Assembly: GCF_048593235.1 (NCBI RefSeq)
Contig: NC_133620.1
Span: 348,988,454 to 349,052,453, forward strand
DNA: 64,000 nt
Direction of reading: 5' to 3'
From: Sminthopsis crassicaudata
Lineage: Eukaryota
Shown: positions 33,101 through 48,100 of the stretch, piece after piece
How the letters are laid out: every line of letters starts with the position of its first letter
How positions within the stretch are numbered: the stretch's first letter is position 1
Program-made: the position numbers and the translations under genes
The notes under the pieces: generated by a model
Databases searched by the model: none
Seen by the model: only the letters and a program-made list of their open reading frames with translations
Told to the model about the DNA's origin: nothing

Positions 33101-36100
33101 CATTTGGAATTTGGTGTCATGCTCATGGGCATATTTCTAGATTTAATTCCTTTAGGAACTAGTTGATACCATTTTTGACAATCTCCAAAATCATGGCATT
33201 GAGGTGGAAGGTGAATAGAGTTAGCATAATTATACTTTTTTTTTTTTTTTTTAAATGTAGGTTTGAGGAAAAGATGCTAATCTGTCATACCAGTATGGGC
33301 TCTTGCTGTCACCAAGAGGCCTGAAAGTTGTTGAAACTATCAGATTTCCTTGTAGTGGTTGTTGACCAAAGATTCTTTTTCTGAATTCAAAGTGGTTTGA
33401 TTTTTCACCTGCAAAAATTGTCATTTCGGTTCTGTCCTGTTGATCCTAAAGCTGTTTATGTCATCTGCATTATGGTTATATCATCTATCATCTCATATCA
33501 TAGATGACTTGAGAAATTTCTGTCCATGTATATCTATAAGTCTTAAGGTTTTCACATCCAGAAATTACACACCCCTATTCTAAAACTCTAAAATTTTGAC
33601 CCTTCCTATTTGATTTTGCCTGGAATTGGTTCATAACAGTAATTTTTGAATCTGATCCTGCTGAACAGAGGCTTTTGTGTTGGAATTGAAAATGAACTCC
33701 AAGATTTTTGTACCTTTTTGTGTTTCTGACTCCGTTTGCACTTATTACTTCATAAGGGATCAAGAACTCCTAAGCTATAAAGCTTGGAGGTTGATATGTG
33801 ACAACCTAGTTTGGTGATTATTTTTTATTGTTAATTTTTTTTATTGTTTCAAACTTGACAAATGTAAATAAACAAAAATCTTTATATGAACAGAAAAAAG
33901 AGGATTACATATGAAAATATGAATTTCTTCCATGTACAACTTTTTTAAAAGTATATATTAAATTTAATCCAATAAATCCAACACTGCCTCATGTCTCGTC
34001 TGATTCTCCAAATTTCTTTCTTCAGGGAGTCTGTAGAGGATACCTTCCCACACTCAACTCCTTTCACTTTGCTTTTATAGATTATCTTCCCCTCATATCA
34101 GAACATAAAGTCCTTGAGGTCAGGGACCTTCTTTTTCCTTGTATTTATATTTCTTGCACTTACAATGATGCTTGACACTTCATAAGTACATAATAAATGC
34201 TTATTGACTTCTCTTTATATCCTTCTGAACTTCATTTTGTGTAATTTTTAAAGCAATATTTTGTTGATAACTTTTTCTGTTTCTTCCGTCCCTTCCTCTC
34301 TCCTTCCTTCCCTTCCTTCCTTCCTTCCTTCCTTCCTTCTATCACTTTTAGTTTTTCCCTCCCCCTATAAAAACCTCAAACCACTTGTATTATTAGTAGA
34401 GTCAAGCAAAACAAATTTACACATTGGCCCTGGCTGAAAATGTAGTCTTCTAAATATTTCTTTTCTGTACCTCTAACCCATCACTTCTATGCCAAAGAGT
34501 GGGAAGAGGATATTTCATTAATCTTTTGTAGCTCTGCTTCATCATTTTATAGAATAGAGTTCTTATTTCTTTTAGAGATATTTTCCTGTATGATGTTGTA
34601 TAGACTGTTCTCCAGAGTCTTATTACTTTACATCAATATTTATAAAAGTCTTCTAGTTTTCTCTGAATTTATCCTTTTCGTTATTTCTTATGGCCTAATA
34701 TTTCATTGTGTGTACATACCATATTCATCTCTTCCTTCTTCAGTTGATGAATATTCTCTTCATTAACAGTTTTTTTTGTTACAAAAAAGTGTTATTTATT
34801 TATTTTTTTTTTTTTTGCACATGTGGATTCTTTCTTTCATCCTTTGATCTCTTTGGGGTGTCCATCTAAAAGTAGGTCAAATGGTATGCACAATTTAGTA
34901 ATTTTAGATAATTACAAATTATTTTCCTGAATGATTTAGATCATTGGTTAGATTAATCCACAGTCCAGACCAGTACATTAGTGTTACTTTGTCCTATATG
35001 TTTTTAAGAATATTTTATTATAGTTGTTGATAGGACTTCTTTTGAAAACTGTCTCTTCATATCCTTTATCCATTCCTTATATGCCTTGGATATTGGACTT
35101 TTACCAGAGAAATTTGCTGCAAAGATGTTTAACCATTTACTGTTTCCCTTTGAATTTTAATTAAAAGTCTTGATTTTGTAAACTTGGGACAGATTTGTCC
35201 ATTTTATCTAATAAGATCCTCTTTATTCCTTTCTTGAGCAAAACCTCTTCCCCAGTCATGTTTTTAAAAGGTATCTTCTTCCAATTTGTTTCGGATTTGA
35301 TTTTTTTTTTTTTTTTAAATCTGGATTCTGTTTCAGTGTGTAACATTGTGATATGTGATATGAAACATTAGTCTAAGCCTATTTTTTCCAGACTGTTTTT
35401 CAGTTTTTCCAGCAAGTAGTTTTTGTTGAAAATTGAATTCTTATTAAAAAATTGAATTCTTAACTCAGTAGTAGAGGTCCTTGTGTTTTTCAAACACAGT
35501 GCCACTATATTTGATTGCTTCTAAGTCTTGTGTAGTTCATTCTTGCCATTGATCAACTTTTCTGGGTTTTTTTGACTTGTTTATTTTTCAAGGAGAATAT
35601 ATGAGATGTTTGAGGAAATAAATGGAGGGTTAATGAAGGAAATTTGACTTTCACAGATAACTTTTATTTAACCATAGATAAAACCTTGCATTGGTTGAAT
35701 CTATGCTGTAACACTGCTTTTCACCCGCTCTTGTTTAAAGCTATGACATACTTAAAAATTTGCTGCAACAAAATTAGTAATTTGGAGTCATTTTATAGTG
35801 TAGTGAGCCTATCTCTGGTGAGTACTATCCTCTGAACTTTAACTTCCAACCTGTTCAACCAATTCATGTACTGCCCAGCTGAATTCTCACATCTGCCTGC
35901 ATACATGCTTGATTCTTCCCACATATTTTCTCTTCTTGGCAGGGACATAATGACATCGCTATGCATCCTAGCACATTGCTTAAATGATTTCAGGAAGTAA
36001 TGGACTGGGAGGGAATGATATGAACAAAAATGATTTGTGGGAAAAGTCTTAATTAGGTTGCTGATTCATTATCATTGGTTCCCAAACAGTACCTCTTTTA

Positions 36101-39100
36101 CCCTGGATGATCTTTGATTAGAGGGGTTTCCTGGAGACATTTACTAGGAAGTGAATTTTTAGCTTCTCAGTTGTTTATACCTTCCTTAGTTATGGATTCC
36201 CTTCATAAGGGAAATCTCATTAGGTGAAATTGTTTGGGGCTTTTGAATGACTTCGCCTAAGCTTAAGTACACATACTCTTTCCATTCCAAGATTGCTGAT
36301 TTCCAGATCCTAGAAATTACCCTCCTCCTCTTCTTCCTCTTGGTTTTTAAAATGTGGAGGCAGGGATTGCTGAAGTGAGAAGGCCTCCGCAAGATGTGTG
36401 CATTTTGGGTACTGCCATTCCTCAGGGTTTGGCACCAGAGAGACTATAGTCTCCAGCATGGGCAGATGGCAGAGTAATGTAGTTTTCTTTGGGAAAAGGC
36501 AATTGGCCAAATGACTGAGGTGTGAACCTTTTGAAAGGCCAATGCTTTGGGTTTCTGCTTACCAAATTTAATGCTGTGTCCCTAAGTTATTTTTTAAAAA
36601 AATCATTTTGGAAAGTCTATAGTAGACTTAAAGATAGATGTCTATTCACCAGAGCTAAATCTTCCTTTAAGGAGGACTACATATCAGAACTGAGCTTCAG
36701 ACAGCTATAGGCAACATGATAAGCGCTGCTTATCAAAGTTTTTTGGTTTTTTTAATACAGCCAACTGAGTTATCCAGTGGTGGATTGTACAGCATGTGCA
36801 TCAAATCAAGAGTGTCTCTTCTTAATTACAGGGAAGAATCAAAGAGTAGGCAGGTTGTGGAAACTAGACAGCTTCTCAGTTTTCCTCCTTAGGTCTTTGC
36901 AGTATGGCTTCATTATTATGCTTTGGGGATAGTGGCATCTGTATTATGTTGTTTAGGACAGTTCTTGGTTAAAGGAGGCAAGGAGGCAGTATTCCTTAGG
37001 CTAGTCTATGTGGGCTGAGGGGAACCAACACACACACACACTCTCTCATTGGAATGGATGAACACTCAATGTAAGAGGTGGCATTTGAGCTGACCTGTGA
37101 AGGAAACTTCGAGTTCTTAGAATTCTTAAGTAAGGCAGAGGTGTGTTCTTGGCATGGGGACTCTTTGCAAAAGTGTAGAAATAGAAGATAAAATGTGTAT
37201 GAAGAACAAGAAGGCTATTCTGAATTTAATTGTATTTGATCTTCGAAGTGCTAGAGAGCTGCTGGATTTTAAAAAGGAAATAAGCATGATTTGAAATGTG
37301 CTATAGAAAAAAAAATTACTTGTGTGTAGAATGTGTGAGAGGGGAGAGACTTCTTAAGTAAGGGAGACCAATTAGGAAGCTCTTGCAGAAGTCAAGTTAG
37401 GAGGTGGTAGTGGGTGTGATTAGAGAGAAGAGGACAGATGGGAGAGATGATGTGGAGGAATCACTAGGCAAGATCTGTTATATGCAAAGCTCTGAGTTGG
37501 TTGCTGGAGAGAGCAAAAACAAAAAAGGAAGGGGGAGGGACACCTGCCCTGAAGGAGCCTTATGTTTTCAACTTTTTCAGCATCTGATTCCCCTAGAACT
37601 GAAAACTATAATACTCCCCTACAATTCTCTGTGTGTATGCATGTGTTAAAACCAGCATAGATTTGGGAGTGAGCATTTAGGAGGAAAAGTAAACTTACTT
37701 CTTTGGCTTTGTTGTCTTGAAATTCATTTACTAACATGAATACGTATGCAAAATGAATATAGGTTATTTCTAGGAGGTAGGGAGCAGCTGGGGGAATCAG
37801 AAAAAAGCTATAGAAGATTTTATTTAAACAGAGTCTAAGAGGCAGAGGAGAAAAGCAAACTGATTCAAGTTAGGATTTCTCTTTATTAGAGCCTTCTGGA
37901 ATATTCTAGTTTCTTATTGAGAAGCCAGGTCTTCTAGTTTTTCTGTGATGTTTCTCAGGAATTTGTTTTCAGATTGGAACCCAGGTTCTTTAATCCTCCT
38001 GGAGTAGAGGATAATGTTAATGAAAAGCCTTAGTACCAGGAAAGTATTTGAGAGAATAAGAGCAGTAAGGGTGGGGAAAAGATATGGTTTAAGGAAGAAA
38101 AATTAAAAGTCTAGAAATGGAATTATAATAGGCTTTTCTCTTCATTGATTTTAGTGAAGTAGAGCAAGGTGAGAATCCTTTCAGTGTGAGCAACTGTTAA
38201 TGATAGACAGGTGATGAGATTTTGACTAGATTCAAGAAAATGCCTATTAGGAGAAGTTAAAGGAAAGGGCTGCATCTACTGGCACATGCCATCCTTAAGC
38301 AGTTCAGAGGACAGGAATTGATCTCTTTGGGTTCTGGACCATGCCCAGCTCACTGTGGGAGCTCACTTGTTAATTGATGCTTAAGATTTTCAATTTGACT
38401 GCTCTCTGGGGCCTTTCTTGAGGGCTTGGAGACCTCCTGGTTTATTTGTGCAAAAGTAGTTGAGAACTACATGTGTCTTGTGTAGTACTGTACTCAAGTC
38501 TAAACTCATTCCATGGGTGTCTTTTAAGCTTTCCAATTCTAACAGCAGTCCCCAGTGGCAAAACCGATGCTATGCTCTGGCTTCCATTCAGGTTTGGAGC
38601 CTCTTTCTTGGCTCTCTTATGAAAATTGACTTTGAGTCTGATTCCTTCCTCCTGAAATGGATTTGCTAATTACCACTCAAGGTATTTTACTCTTTTAATG
38701 TGCTGGGGTATGGATAGAGATCCAGAGGGATTTCTTATTGCTTTGTAGCCTATTGAATTCTGAAGCCAAATCTATTCAAAAGGCTGCTTAATTATTTCAT
38801 TTCCCCACCTTTTAAATTTCAGGCTTTTATTACAAGATTCTTACCAACAGTGACTAGGGATTTCTTTTGTTTTTCGATGTATCTGAAATTGAGTTTTCCA
38901 GTGAGTTCAATGCATAGGTTTTCTTTCTCTCCTCTCATTCTTTTTTTCCCCTCCCAGGAAACCCAGGTTGACAAGAACTCAAAGTGCCTTTTCTCCGGTC
39001 TCCTTCAGCCCCTTCTTCACAGGTAAGCCAGGTGTATTTGTCATTCTGGTCACTTTTTCTTTCACTATCAATATCTTTTAAGTATCCTCCCTTTTCTCCT

Positions 39101-42100
39101 ACTGCCACCACCCTAGCTTGGGCCTCCATCACTCCTCACTAAAATGGTTGCAAAAATCTCCTATTTGGTCCTCCTCTCAAGTTTCTCACCTCTTCAAAAA
39201 TCTCTACTAATTCCCTATGGACGCTAGAACAAAAAACACATTACTGTGTTAGATCTTCCAAATCTGGCTCTAGCTTACCTTCCCAAGTTTATTATACAGT
39301 ATTCCACATTAAATGTTTTGTAGCCTAGTTAAATTAGCCTTGTTGCTATTCCTTACATGAAACATTCCTTCTCCCAGCACCATGCCTTTGTGCAGATTGA
39401 CCACCAGACCTGGAATTACTCCTTTCTCACCTCCACCTTTTGGATTCTCTAGTTCCATTCAAAGCTCTACCTTCTTCATGAGGCTTTTCCTGATTTGCCT
39501 GTCTAATACCATCCCCTACCCCATTATCTTATGGTGTCTTTGTATATATTTTCTTCTTGTATGCATACATGTTGTTTCCCCTGAAAGAATGTAAATTCCA
39601 TGAGAAGAGGGACTTTATCATTTTTATTTTTATATACCCAGGGCTTAGCTTAGTAAGTCTGGTTTGTGATGAGTGAATATTTGTTGATTGATTGCTGACA
39701 ACCTAAAAGGAAGAGTGGATCTGAGATCTGTCACAGAAAAACCCTTCTGGGTCAACCATGGAAAGGGCTGTTTTTAAGGTGTTGAGTCTATTTTAGAATT
39801 TTAGAACTGATTAAATCCAAAGAATGAATGCTTGTAGCTTAAGGTTAAGAGTATTCACCTATAATTAGGGAGTTTCCTCCACCCCATGTTAAGCATAAAT
39901 TCATTATTATAAGGATTAAAACATGTGAATTGCCAACTTAAATGATTACAGTGCAGAAAACAGCTATTGGAGGATCCTATAATCTAAGAGCATAGGTGAG
40001 AGCAATCAATATGTGCAAAACTCCAAGAACTACTACTTAAACTAGATTAAAATATAATGGGAAAGGTTTGATGAAATAAAAATACAAGATAGATAATATT
40101 AATTTTCTGATTTTCTAAGTCTACATGTGGCCCAGAGTTTCTGTTTTGCTTGTGATACTACTGCCTTGGAATAGCCATATATTAACCAATAGTAGACTGA
40201 ATTCAGGATTATGTAATCTGTTTTTAAAGACTTCTGGTAAAGGGGATTACATAGTCTTTATATATTATTTGCTTTGTGTCTAGCTGCCTTTCATACATTA
40301 GAAGGGTTCTTCTTGTGTGTAGTGTAAGTCACCGCTATTCCAGCTTTAGCAGAGAGCACTCTTAGAAATCCAGGAAGGGATCTCTGAACACCTCCTTGGT
40401 TTGAGTGAAGAGGCTCTCCAAAGTCAGTATGCTTTTGTTTCTCAAGTTAAGATGATGGTATTAGCTAATAGATATTAAGATGATAGGCTTCTATTCAAAT
40501 AACCTGTAGTGATGGATGTCTTTATCAAAATAAAGCCATAAATGTTTGTGGTTTTTCACTTTGTATTGAGTTTTAGTGAGAAGGACTGACTAGTCAAAAC
40601 CTTTTTGAAATTTCTCTTTCTGAACTATATTTTATACCTTTTCTTAGAATAGTGATATGAAGAAAATATCAGAATTGGATAGTAGGTTGTTTACCTACAT
40701 ATTTGAAATGAAAAATAATGTCACATTGCTTCAGGTGGCAAATTAAATAATACATATTTCTTTCTATTAATTATAACCTCCTTGAAGTTGGGAATGCTCA
40801 GATATGTGTGGATTCCTAAAACTTTATTTTACATGCAACCTTGTAAAAAATGACTTATATTTAAAATTCTGGACATCTTTGTTCTCATATCAGTAAAATA
40901 GTTGTTAGTAGTTGGATTCTTGGTGACTGACTTGATTGTGTATGGTACTATATGGAGCTACTTGTAGATGCTGCTCTTATTGTTTTTCAGAATTTTTTTC
41001 CTGCTTGGCCTCACAGGCCTTTCTGGTTCCTATAAGGTGGAGAGAAGTAGGGAAGATTTCTTATATTCTTTTAATCCTGATAGAAATATTGACTACTGTT
41101 TCTAATTAAGGGATTGAGTTTTCTTTACTGAATGAAACCAACATCCTTTCAAACAAGATCCCACGGAAGTGTTCTTGTCACTACTATGACCTTTGACTGG
41201 AGTGACTTTTAAGGTTGTAGATACGGTTTTAGATTTTTGGATTAATCTGAGAGTTTTAAAAAATGATGGCAAAGTGCTCTGTAAAAATCAGAGCCATCTA
41301 AAAGGAAATAATTGGGTTGAAGATTTGGGATCTTTACCTTTGTTAACCTTGCCAGTATTTTTCTAACTAATATTTTCTTGGCCCTTTTTCCTATAAACTT
41401 AATGCAAGTGTCTTATTCTCTAGGGAAGAACTTTGCAGGTTGATACTGATTTGGCTCAGGAGTCTGAGAATATGAATTGTGATAGATAAGGGATGTGTGT
41501 GTATGTGTGTGTGTCAGGGTGTGTGTCTTTCTCTTTCCCCCGAAGTTAGATAAGTTATTGATAGAACCTAGACTATGTTTCCTACATGTTAGGTCAGTTC
41601 CTCAAATGCCTCTTATTCTGTGCCTAATATTTTAAATAGATAACCAAATTTAAAATGTATTTTGTTAATAAAGTGAATTTTGTGTAGTGAAGACTTAAGT
41701 TCTACACAGTAGGCTTTGGACTTTTCAAGAGTTGTGGCCTATCCAACCATCCTTGACTTTTGCTTGCTTTTGATCTTCAGCTCTGCTTTCTGTAATATGC
41801 TTGCTCCATGAATCAATCCCTTAGGTGAAACGGTGTCACTTGTGGACGTGGACATTTCTCAGCGAGGTCTGACCTCTCCACATCCTCCAACTCCCCCTCC
41901 TCCTCCACGAAGAAGCCTCAGCCTCCTAGGTACAGTGCTTCTCTAACTCTTCACTCTTTCCTGCCCTTTGGGAGGCGGGGTGGAAGGAGTACTCAAAAGA
42001 TAAGTTCTACTTGAGTAGAAAGCAAATGAGCCTTTACTAGATTCCCAAAATTAGCTTATTTGGTTTCTTCCCTATTCTTCTTCCCTTCTTTTGTCTTCCT

Positions 42101-45100
42101 GAAGCGGAAGTTCTTGCATGGTGTGGTACCCGTTGCTAATGTATTGGCTTGAGTTTTTCATTTTTACCCTACCTTGGATCTCTTGCCATTGAGTTACTTT
42201 AGAAATAGAATCAATATCTTCCCAAATACATTCTACCCAAATCTCTCCCATTCTGCATTCAAATTCGAGGATCTGCTTTAAAGGCAGGATGAAGGATGAG
42301 CCCATATTGCTTTAGTTAGGTGTCTTGTTGCTTGCTACCCTCACTGCTTACTCTGTTCTTTTATTTCTGAACTGCTTGCTTTTGTTCTCTCTTCTAGATG
42401 ATATCAGTGGGACGCTGCCTGCATCTGTTCTAGTGGCTCCGATGGGGTCTTCCCTGCAGTCCTTTCCCTTGCCTCCACCTCCTCCACCCCATGCCCCAGG
42501 TCAGCTTAGCTTTAGTGGCAAGATTTGAGAAAATAGGGCATGGGTATGAATAATCCTGGGTAGGGAGGGAGGGAATTTGGGGTGAAAATGTGGGCTGGCT
42601 CTGGGGTTGAGTGGAGGAAGGGAGGGAAATTCTATTTGAAAAATCTAAAACTATTAGAAAACTTGAATCTTGCCTTCCTTGGCTAGACTAGACCACTAAG
42701 AGTGAATCTGAGCTATCCTTTCTTTAATATTTTCTTTTTGTGAGTGAATAAAATTTTATTAGGAATTGGGGTCCCCTTATTGAATGACCAATTTGTAGTT
42801 GCCCATATCTTCTCTTAAAATAGTGAAAGGGCTTTATAAATAACTGATTATGAATAGTACTGTGTTTTTTCTAAGCTTTTGGTTTTTACTGCAGCCTTGT
42901 AAATAAGTATCAAACTTTTAGCAGTCAATACCCACTTTTGCCAGCCTACTAGGAAATACAATGAATGAATTAAACATTCTTTTCTACTTGCCTGGCGTAA
43001 ATTGTTACTCTCCTTGGGCAAGTAGGCGAGTGACTATTTCCAAGGCTGTTTTACCTGGAACTTTACCTCGATGTGGGAGAAGTTGGAATCTGCTCTAGGC
43101 TGGTGAAGTCCCTGAAGTAGTCACCTTAGTCAGGTTAGTGAGTTGCTCCCTTGTTCTTCTGGTGGGGTAAAAGACCCCAACCCATCTTCACTAGCCTTCA
43201 CAGCTCACATAAGCCCCCACAGCTTTCTTTTGGTCCATCCAGCTCTCTCCTGCTTTGGCTTTTCCCTTTTCCAGCTTAGCCTCTAATGCTTTGCTCTCCT
43301 CCCAGAAATTAATATCTGTTTTGGGGGTGTGAACAGATGACCTCTGTTGCCCTGCAGATGCATTTCCCCGGATTGTACCCATCCGAGCTACTGAATCCCT
43401 ACATAACCAACCTACCCAGCACCTTCAGTGTCCTCTCTACCGACCTGACTCTAGCAGCTTTGCAGCTAGCCTTCGGGAATTGGAGAAGGTAGGATTGTGT
43501 TGGGGACCAGAGGTACCTTCCTTTCCATACTCCAATTCCATACCCCACCAGTGGGGTGCCTACTCTTACTTGGCCTTTCCAATCTTTCCTTTAGGTCAGG
43601 GGTTTTTAACATTTTTTTGTGTTAAAGGCCCCCTTCATAATCTAGTAAAACCTAGAGACCTCATGTTTAAAAAAAATGTTTTAAAATACATAAGATCCAA
43701 AAGGAAATAATTTATGTAGAAATGCAGTTATCAAAATATTTAAAAGACAAGTTCAAACTCCATATTAAGGACCCCTGCTTTAGGAGAAGGATGGTTTTCT
43801 TTGCCCCATTTCCTTATAATTTAAGTATAGCTTACTCTTGTAAAGTCCAAGGAGAAGGGAAGTTAAAGACTTTTGCATGGTAGAGAAAGTCTTGTTTTTG
43901 GGTGGGAGAGAAGTTATTTAAGTAGCTGGATCACTTAGTCAAACATCAGTGTTCTTTAAAGTGAAAATACTAGAATTACTCTCCTGGAATTGTAAAGGTC
44001 CAAAAAAGGGGGGGCTTATTATCTATTGCTTATGAGCAACATATTTAGCTGCTAAAATGTTTTGAGGAATTTTTTTTGGGGGGTGGACTGTTTAAATAGT
44101 TTTACCATTTCTCAATTCTGTTGACCAAAAACCTGATTTTGTCTTGGTAGTGTGGTTGGTATTGGGGGCCTATGAATTGGGAAGATGCTGAAATGAAACT
44201 GAAGGGGAAACCAGATGGTTCCTTTCTAGTACGCGACAGCTCTGATCCTCGATATATCTTGAGCCTCAGCTTCCGATCCCAGGGTATCACACATCATACC
44301 AGAATGGAGCATTACAGAGGTAAGAATAGATGATATTCTCCTGTGAAGAACCTTGGAATCCACTGTTTTAGAACTGGAAAGGCCTCTAGAGGTGATGTTG
44401 AGGGCCCAATAGTCAGTGATCTTTTTTTTTTTTAATGCTGAGGCAATTGGGGTTAAGCGACTTGCCCAGGGTCACACAGCCAGGAAGTGTTATGTGTCTG
44501 AGGTCACATTTGAACTCAGGTCCTCTTGACTTTAGGGCTGGTGCTCTAGCCACTTCGCCACCTAGCTATCCAATGATTTTTGATCATTTCAATGTCTGCT
44601 GTAGATAGACTCTTGCACTAGAAATTTTAGGCAGCGGGAGAACATGTAGTGTAGAGAAGTACAAAACATGATCCCTGCCCTTGAGAATTTATAGTCTATT
44701 CAAATTCTTTGCCATCCTGTGCTGTTTTGTGTTAAGATCTATATACTTTTAATACTTCCTTTCAAAGTTTACTGCCTGGGATAGCGCATGTCTGAGAGTT
44801 TGAGTGGTACCCTTATTTCCAGATGGCCATCTTGCTGTCTTATTTATATAGGGGAGAAAGAAAAGGATGATTCTGCATATAGGAAGGATAACAAAAGAGA
44901 CTGACATGATGGGAGCAAATGTCAGTCATTAGAATAAATGCTTGGGGGGAGGGGAGATATATCTAAGGTTTCTTACTAACTGTTTCATGAGTAGGGGAAA
45001 ATAAACGAAATTTGTCAGGGTTCTTAGTAGAATGAAGATGATGTCCCCAGTGTTTTGATTATAATTAAACTCAACCTCTAAAACGACTTTGCTATTAGTA

Positions 45101-48100
45101 TTTCTGTATATCATATGAACAACATAGATGTACCAGTTTTTTGCTCTGATCTCCTGGTCTATTCTAAGCCTTTTTTGTATAGTATTCTTACCAGCTCTTG
45201 TTTATTAGCAGGGTGATCATAATGTCCCTCTTTTTGAGGGTCATCCTTGAAGCAGTTTAAACAGAAGTCCTCTTCAGGAGGTAGGAGGAGAGTTGCCAAA
45301 CTCTCTCATGATCAGGTGATACTTATTTCTGTATCTCTGATTAAGTTTTCGTTTTACTCTTGAGAAAGTTGGATTTTCACATTTTTATTTAGTCTGTGCT
45401 TAAAGGATTGTAGTGGTAATTGAGATTTAGCCTTGTAATAAGCCCTCCATCATAATAGCTGCATACTTTCCAAGGAAATGGGAGTATACAGATTCTTTGA
45501 GAATGTCACTTGATCACTTAAGTTAATGACCTGAGCTTTCCCCTCTCTTAGTTTGGCCTAATGGAGCTTCTCATGCCAGGCAAGATCTATCTTTATACTG
45601 TTCCTGAGCACTTTTCTGACAGGAATTGGTCTTTTAGGTCAGCATGAACTTATTCTTATTGTTCTCTAGTAGTCTCCTCTTCCCCCTAAGGGCAGAAGGG
45701 GGAGGAGGAAGGAACTTGATTCCAAAGGCTTGGGAATTAATTGGTGTAACTGAGGTCAGCTGCTGCTTTTTTCTAGCTGTTCTTCAAAAAAAATTGCAGA
45801 GCCAAGCACTTTGATAAACGAATGAAAATGACAAATGACTGGGCCACAGGAAAAGTAAAGAGATAAATGTTTGACCTTCACATTCCAGGTAGGGAATATA
45901 CCAGTCACAACCTTTTTAAATGCTTCTCCAATTGCTTTTCTTCTCTTCCCCTCAGATACTTTTCTTTCTGGAATCAATAGAGTTTTTAATAGAAATTTTT
46001 TATGTCGCTTTTAGATATCAAATTTGCAGTAGAACATTTGTTTTTCTCTTTAAAGAGATACCTCGAATAGTGAGCCATCTCATCAGTGATTAGTATCACT
46101 TTTTAGGGCAGAACCTTTTGCATACTACTGATTCCTGCTTTTAAAAAACACATCCAGAATGTTGACATTCCTTCTTTTCATTAGTATCCTAAAATCTTAA
46201 GAGGAGATCTTTGTAATGTGCTAGGACTGGAAAATCTGTAGGAATGAGAAGATTGCAAGTTCACAGCTTTGTCTCTTATCTATTTCTTGCTTAACAGCAA
46301 GACAAGTGAGATCCTCGAAGATTAAAACTTTTTTTTTGTATCACTATTCCTGTCTTTACCATTATTTTAATTATTTATTTGATGAGTGGGTTCTCTAGTG
46401 TCCTGTAGTAGAAGGTAAAGCCTAAAAATGAGTTTTGAATGGATAAGGAATTAGGGCCTTTTCCAGAGGTGATTCAATGCTGGTCATTAGCTTTCAGAAA
46501 TTGTGGGTAATGTGGCTCTTTCCAGAACCTTTGTAATCTTCTAGTATCTTCAGTATGACAATATCCATAGCCTTTTTTATGTCTGACTTGACTTAATCAT
46601 CTTACTTAGTATAGACTATTACTTCAGAATTGCCATTAGAAGCAGTGCCATTTTCCTAATGTTAGGAGTAAAAACAAGGAGGCTTGGCATTTTACAAGCT
46701 TTTGCCTTGTTAGATATTGCCACATATCCAGAAAGATTCAAGACATTATTATGATGCAGAAAATCTCCATTTTCTTCTGATATGAGTTGTTTTCACTTTC
46801 TGATGATAGGAACTTTCAGCCTCTGGTGTCACCCCAAGTTTGAAGACCGTTGCCAGTCAGTGGTGGAATTTATCAAGAGGGCCATTATGCATTCCAAGAA
46901 TGGGAAGTTTCTCTATTTCTTAAGATCACGGGTTCCAGGTAAGATTTTAATGTCTTCTAATTGACTTGGGATATGATACTGCCCTATTTTAGGTGGTTGT
47001 TTTTTTTTTTTTTTTTTTTTAATTTTTACTTATTTTTAACATTGATTTAAAAATTTTTTTGAGTTCCAGATTCTCTCTCTCCCCCATTCCTCTCCTACCT
47101 ATTAAAAAGGCAAGCAATATGATAAGTTATACATGTGAAGTCATACAAAATATATTTTCAAATTAGCCATGCTGTATCCAAAAATAAATAAAAAGTAAGA
47201 AACATAAAGGAAGTTAAAAAAACTTCAATATACGCTCAGATTTCATTAGCTTTATTTCTGGAGGGTGGATAATAATGGGTCCTTTGAAATTGTGGATGAT
47301 TATATTAATTAGAATAACTTAAGTCTTTTATAGTTGATCATTGTTACAATATTGCTGTTACTGTGTATGGCATTCTCCTAGTTCATCTAGTTCTGCTCAC
47401 TTCATTTTGCATCAGTTTAGATAATCTATTGAGGTTTTTCTGAAGCCCTCTTGCTTGTCATTTCTTATATGAAAAGGTATTCCATTACAATTGTATACTG
47501 CAACTTGTTCAGCCATTTCCCAATTGATGGGTATTCCCTCAGTTTTCAGTTTTTTTCAGGTTTATTGTTTTTGATTGAGATTGTTATAGCAACCATTCTT
47601 GCAAATGTCAGGTGCCAAATCCTTTGCCCTTTTTTATTACTGTCTTAAACTGAGGATGAATATCTTTGGTCATCTGATCATATGAATGAGAAAACTGTTC
47701 CCATTTCTGTTGTCTAGGCAGTTGGTGAGCAATTGACACTTGATGGTGGTCTCTTGTTCGCTGCCTTAATACCTCTGGGTACTTTTTATCAGAATTTAGT
47801 AACATACAACCAACTCTGTAGGATTAATCTGTGCCAAAGTAGAAAAGCAGGCAACTTGCTTAGCAAAGCAATTGTGAATGTTAGGAAAGCCGCTTTTAAT
47901 TAGAGCCTGCTACAATTAAAACAAACCACTATAATTTCTGCCCGGTCCCTTTCTAAACCCACTATCAAACAATAGATACTACTTGTAACTTGCCACCCTA
48001 TGAGCAGTGACTGTATAAAGATTACTCTTCATTTGAGGAATCTCAGCAATTCCTCATCTTTTGCTCCTTGTCATCTACTTTTCCTATACCCTAAATTGGG

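Noticed and set aside
39950-40170. Possible hAT MITE remnant in SOCS7 intron 2
   Set aside because: Only one TIR-like end and no TSD match; too weak to call.
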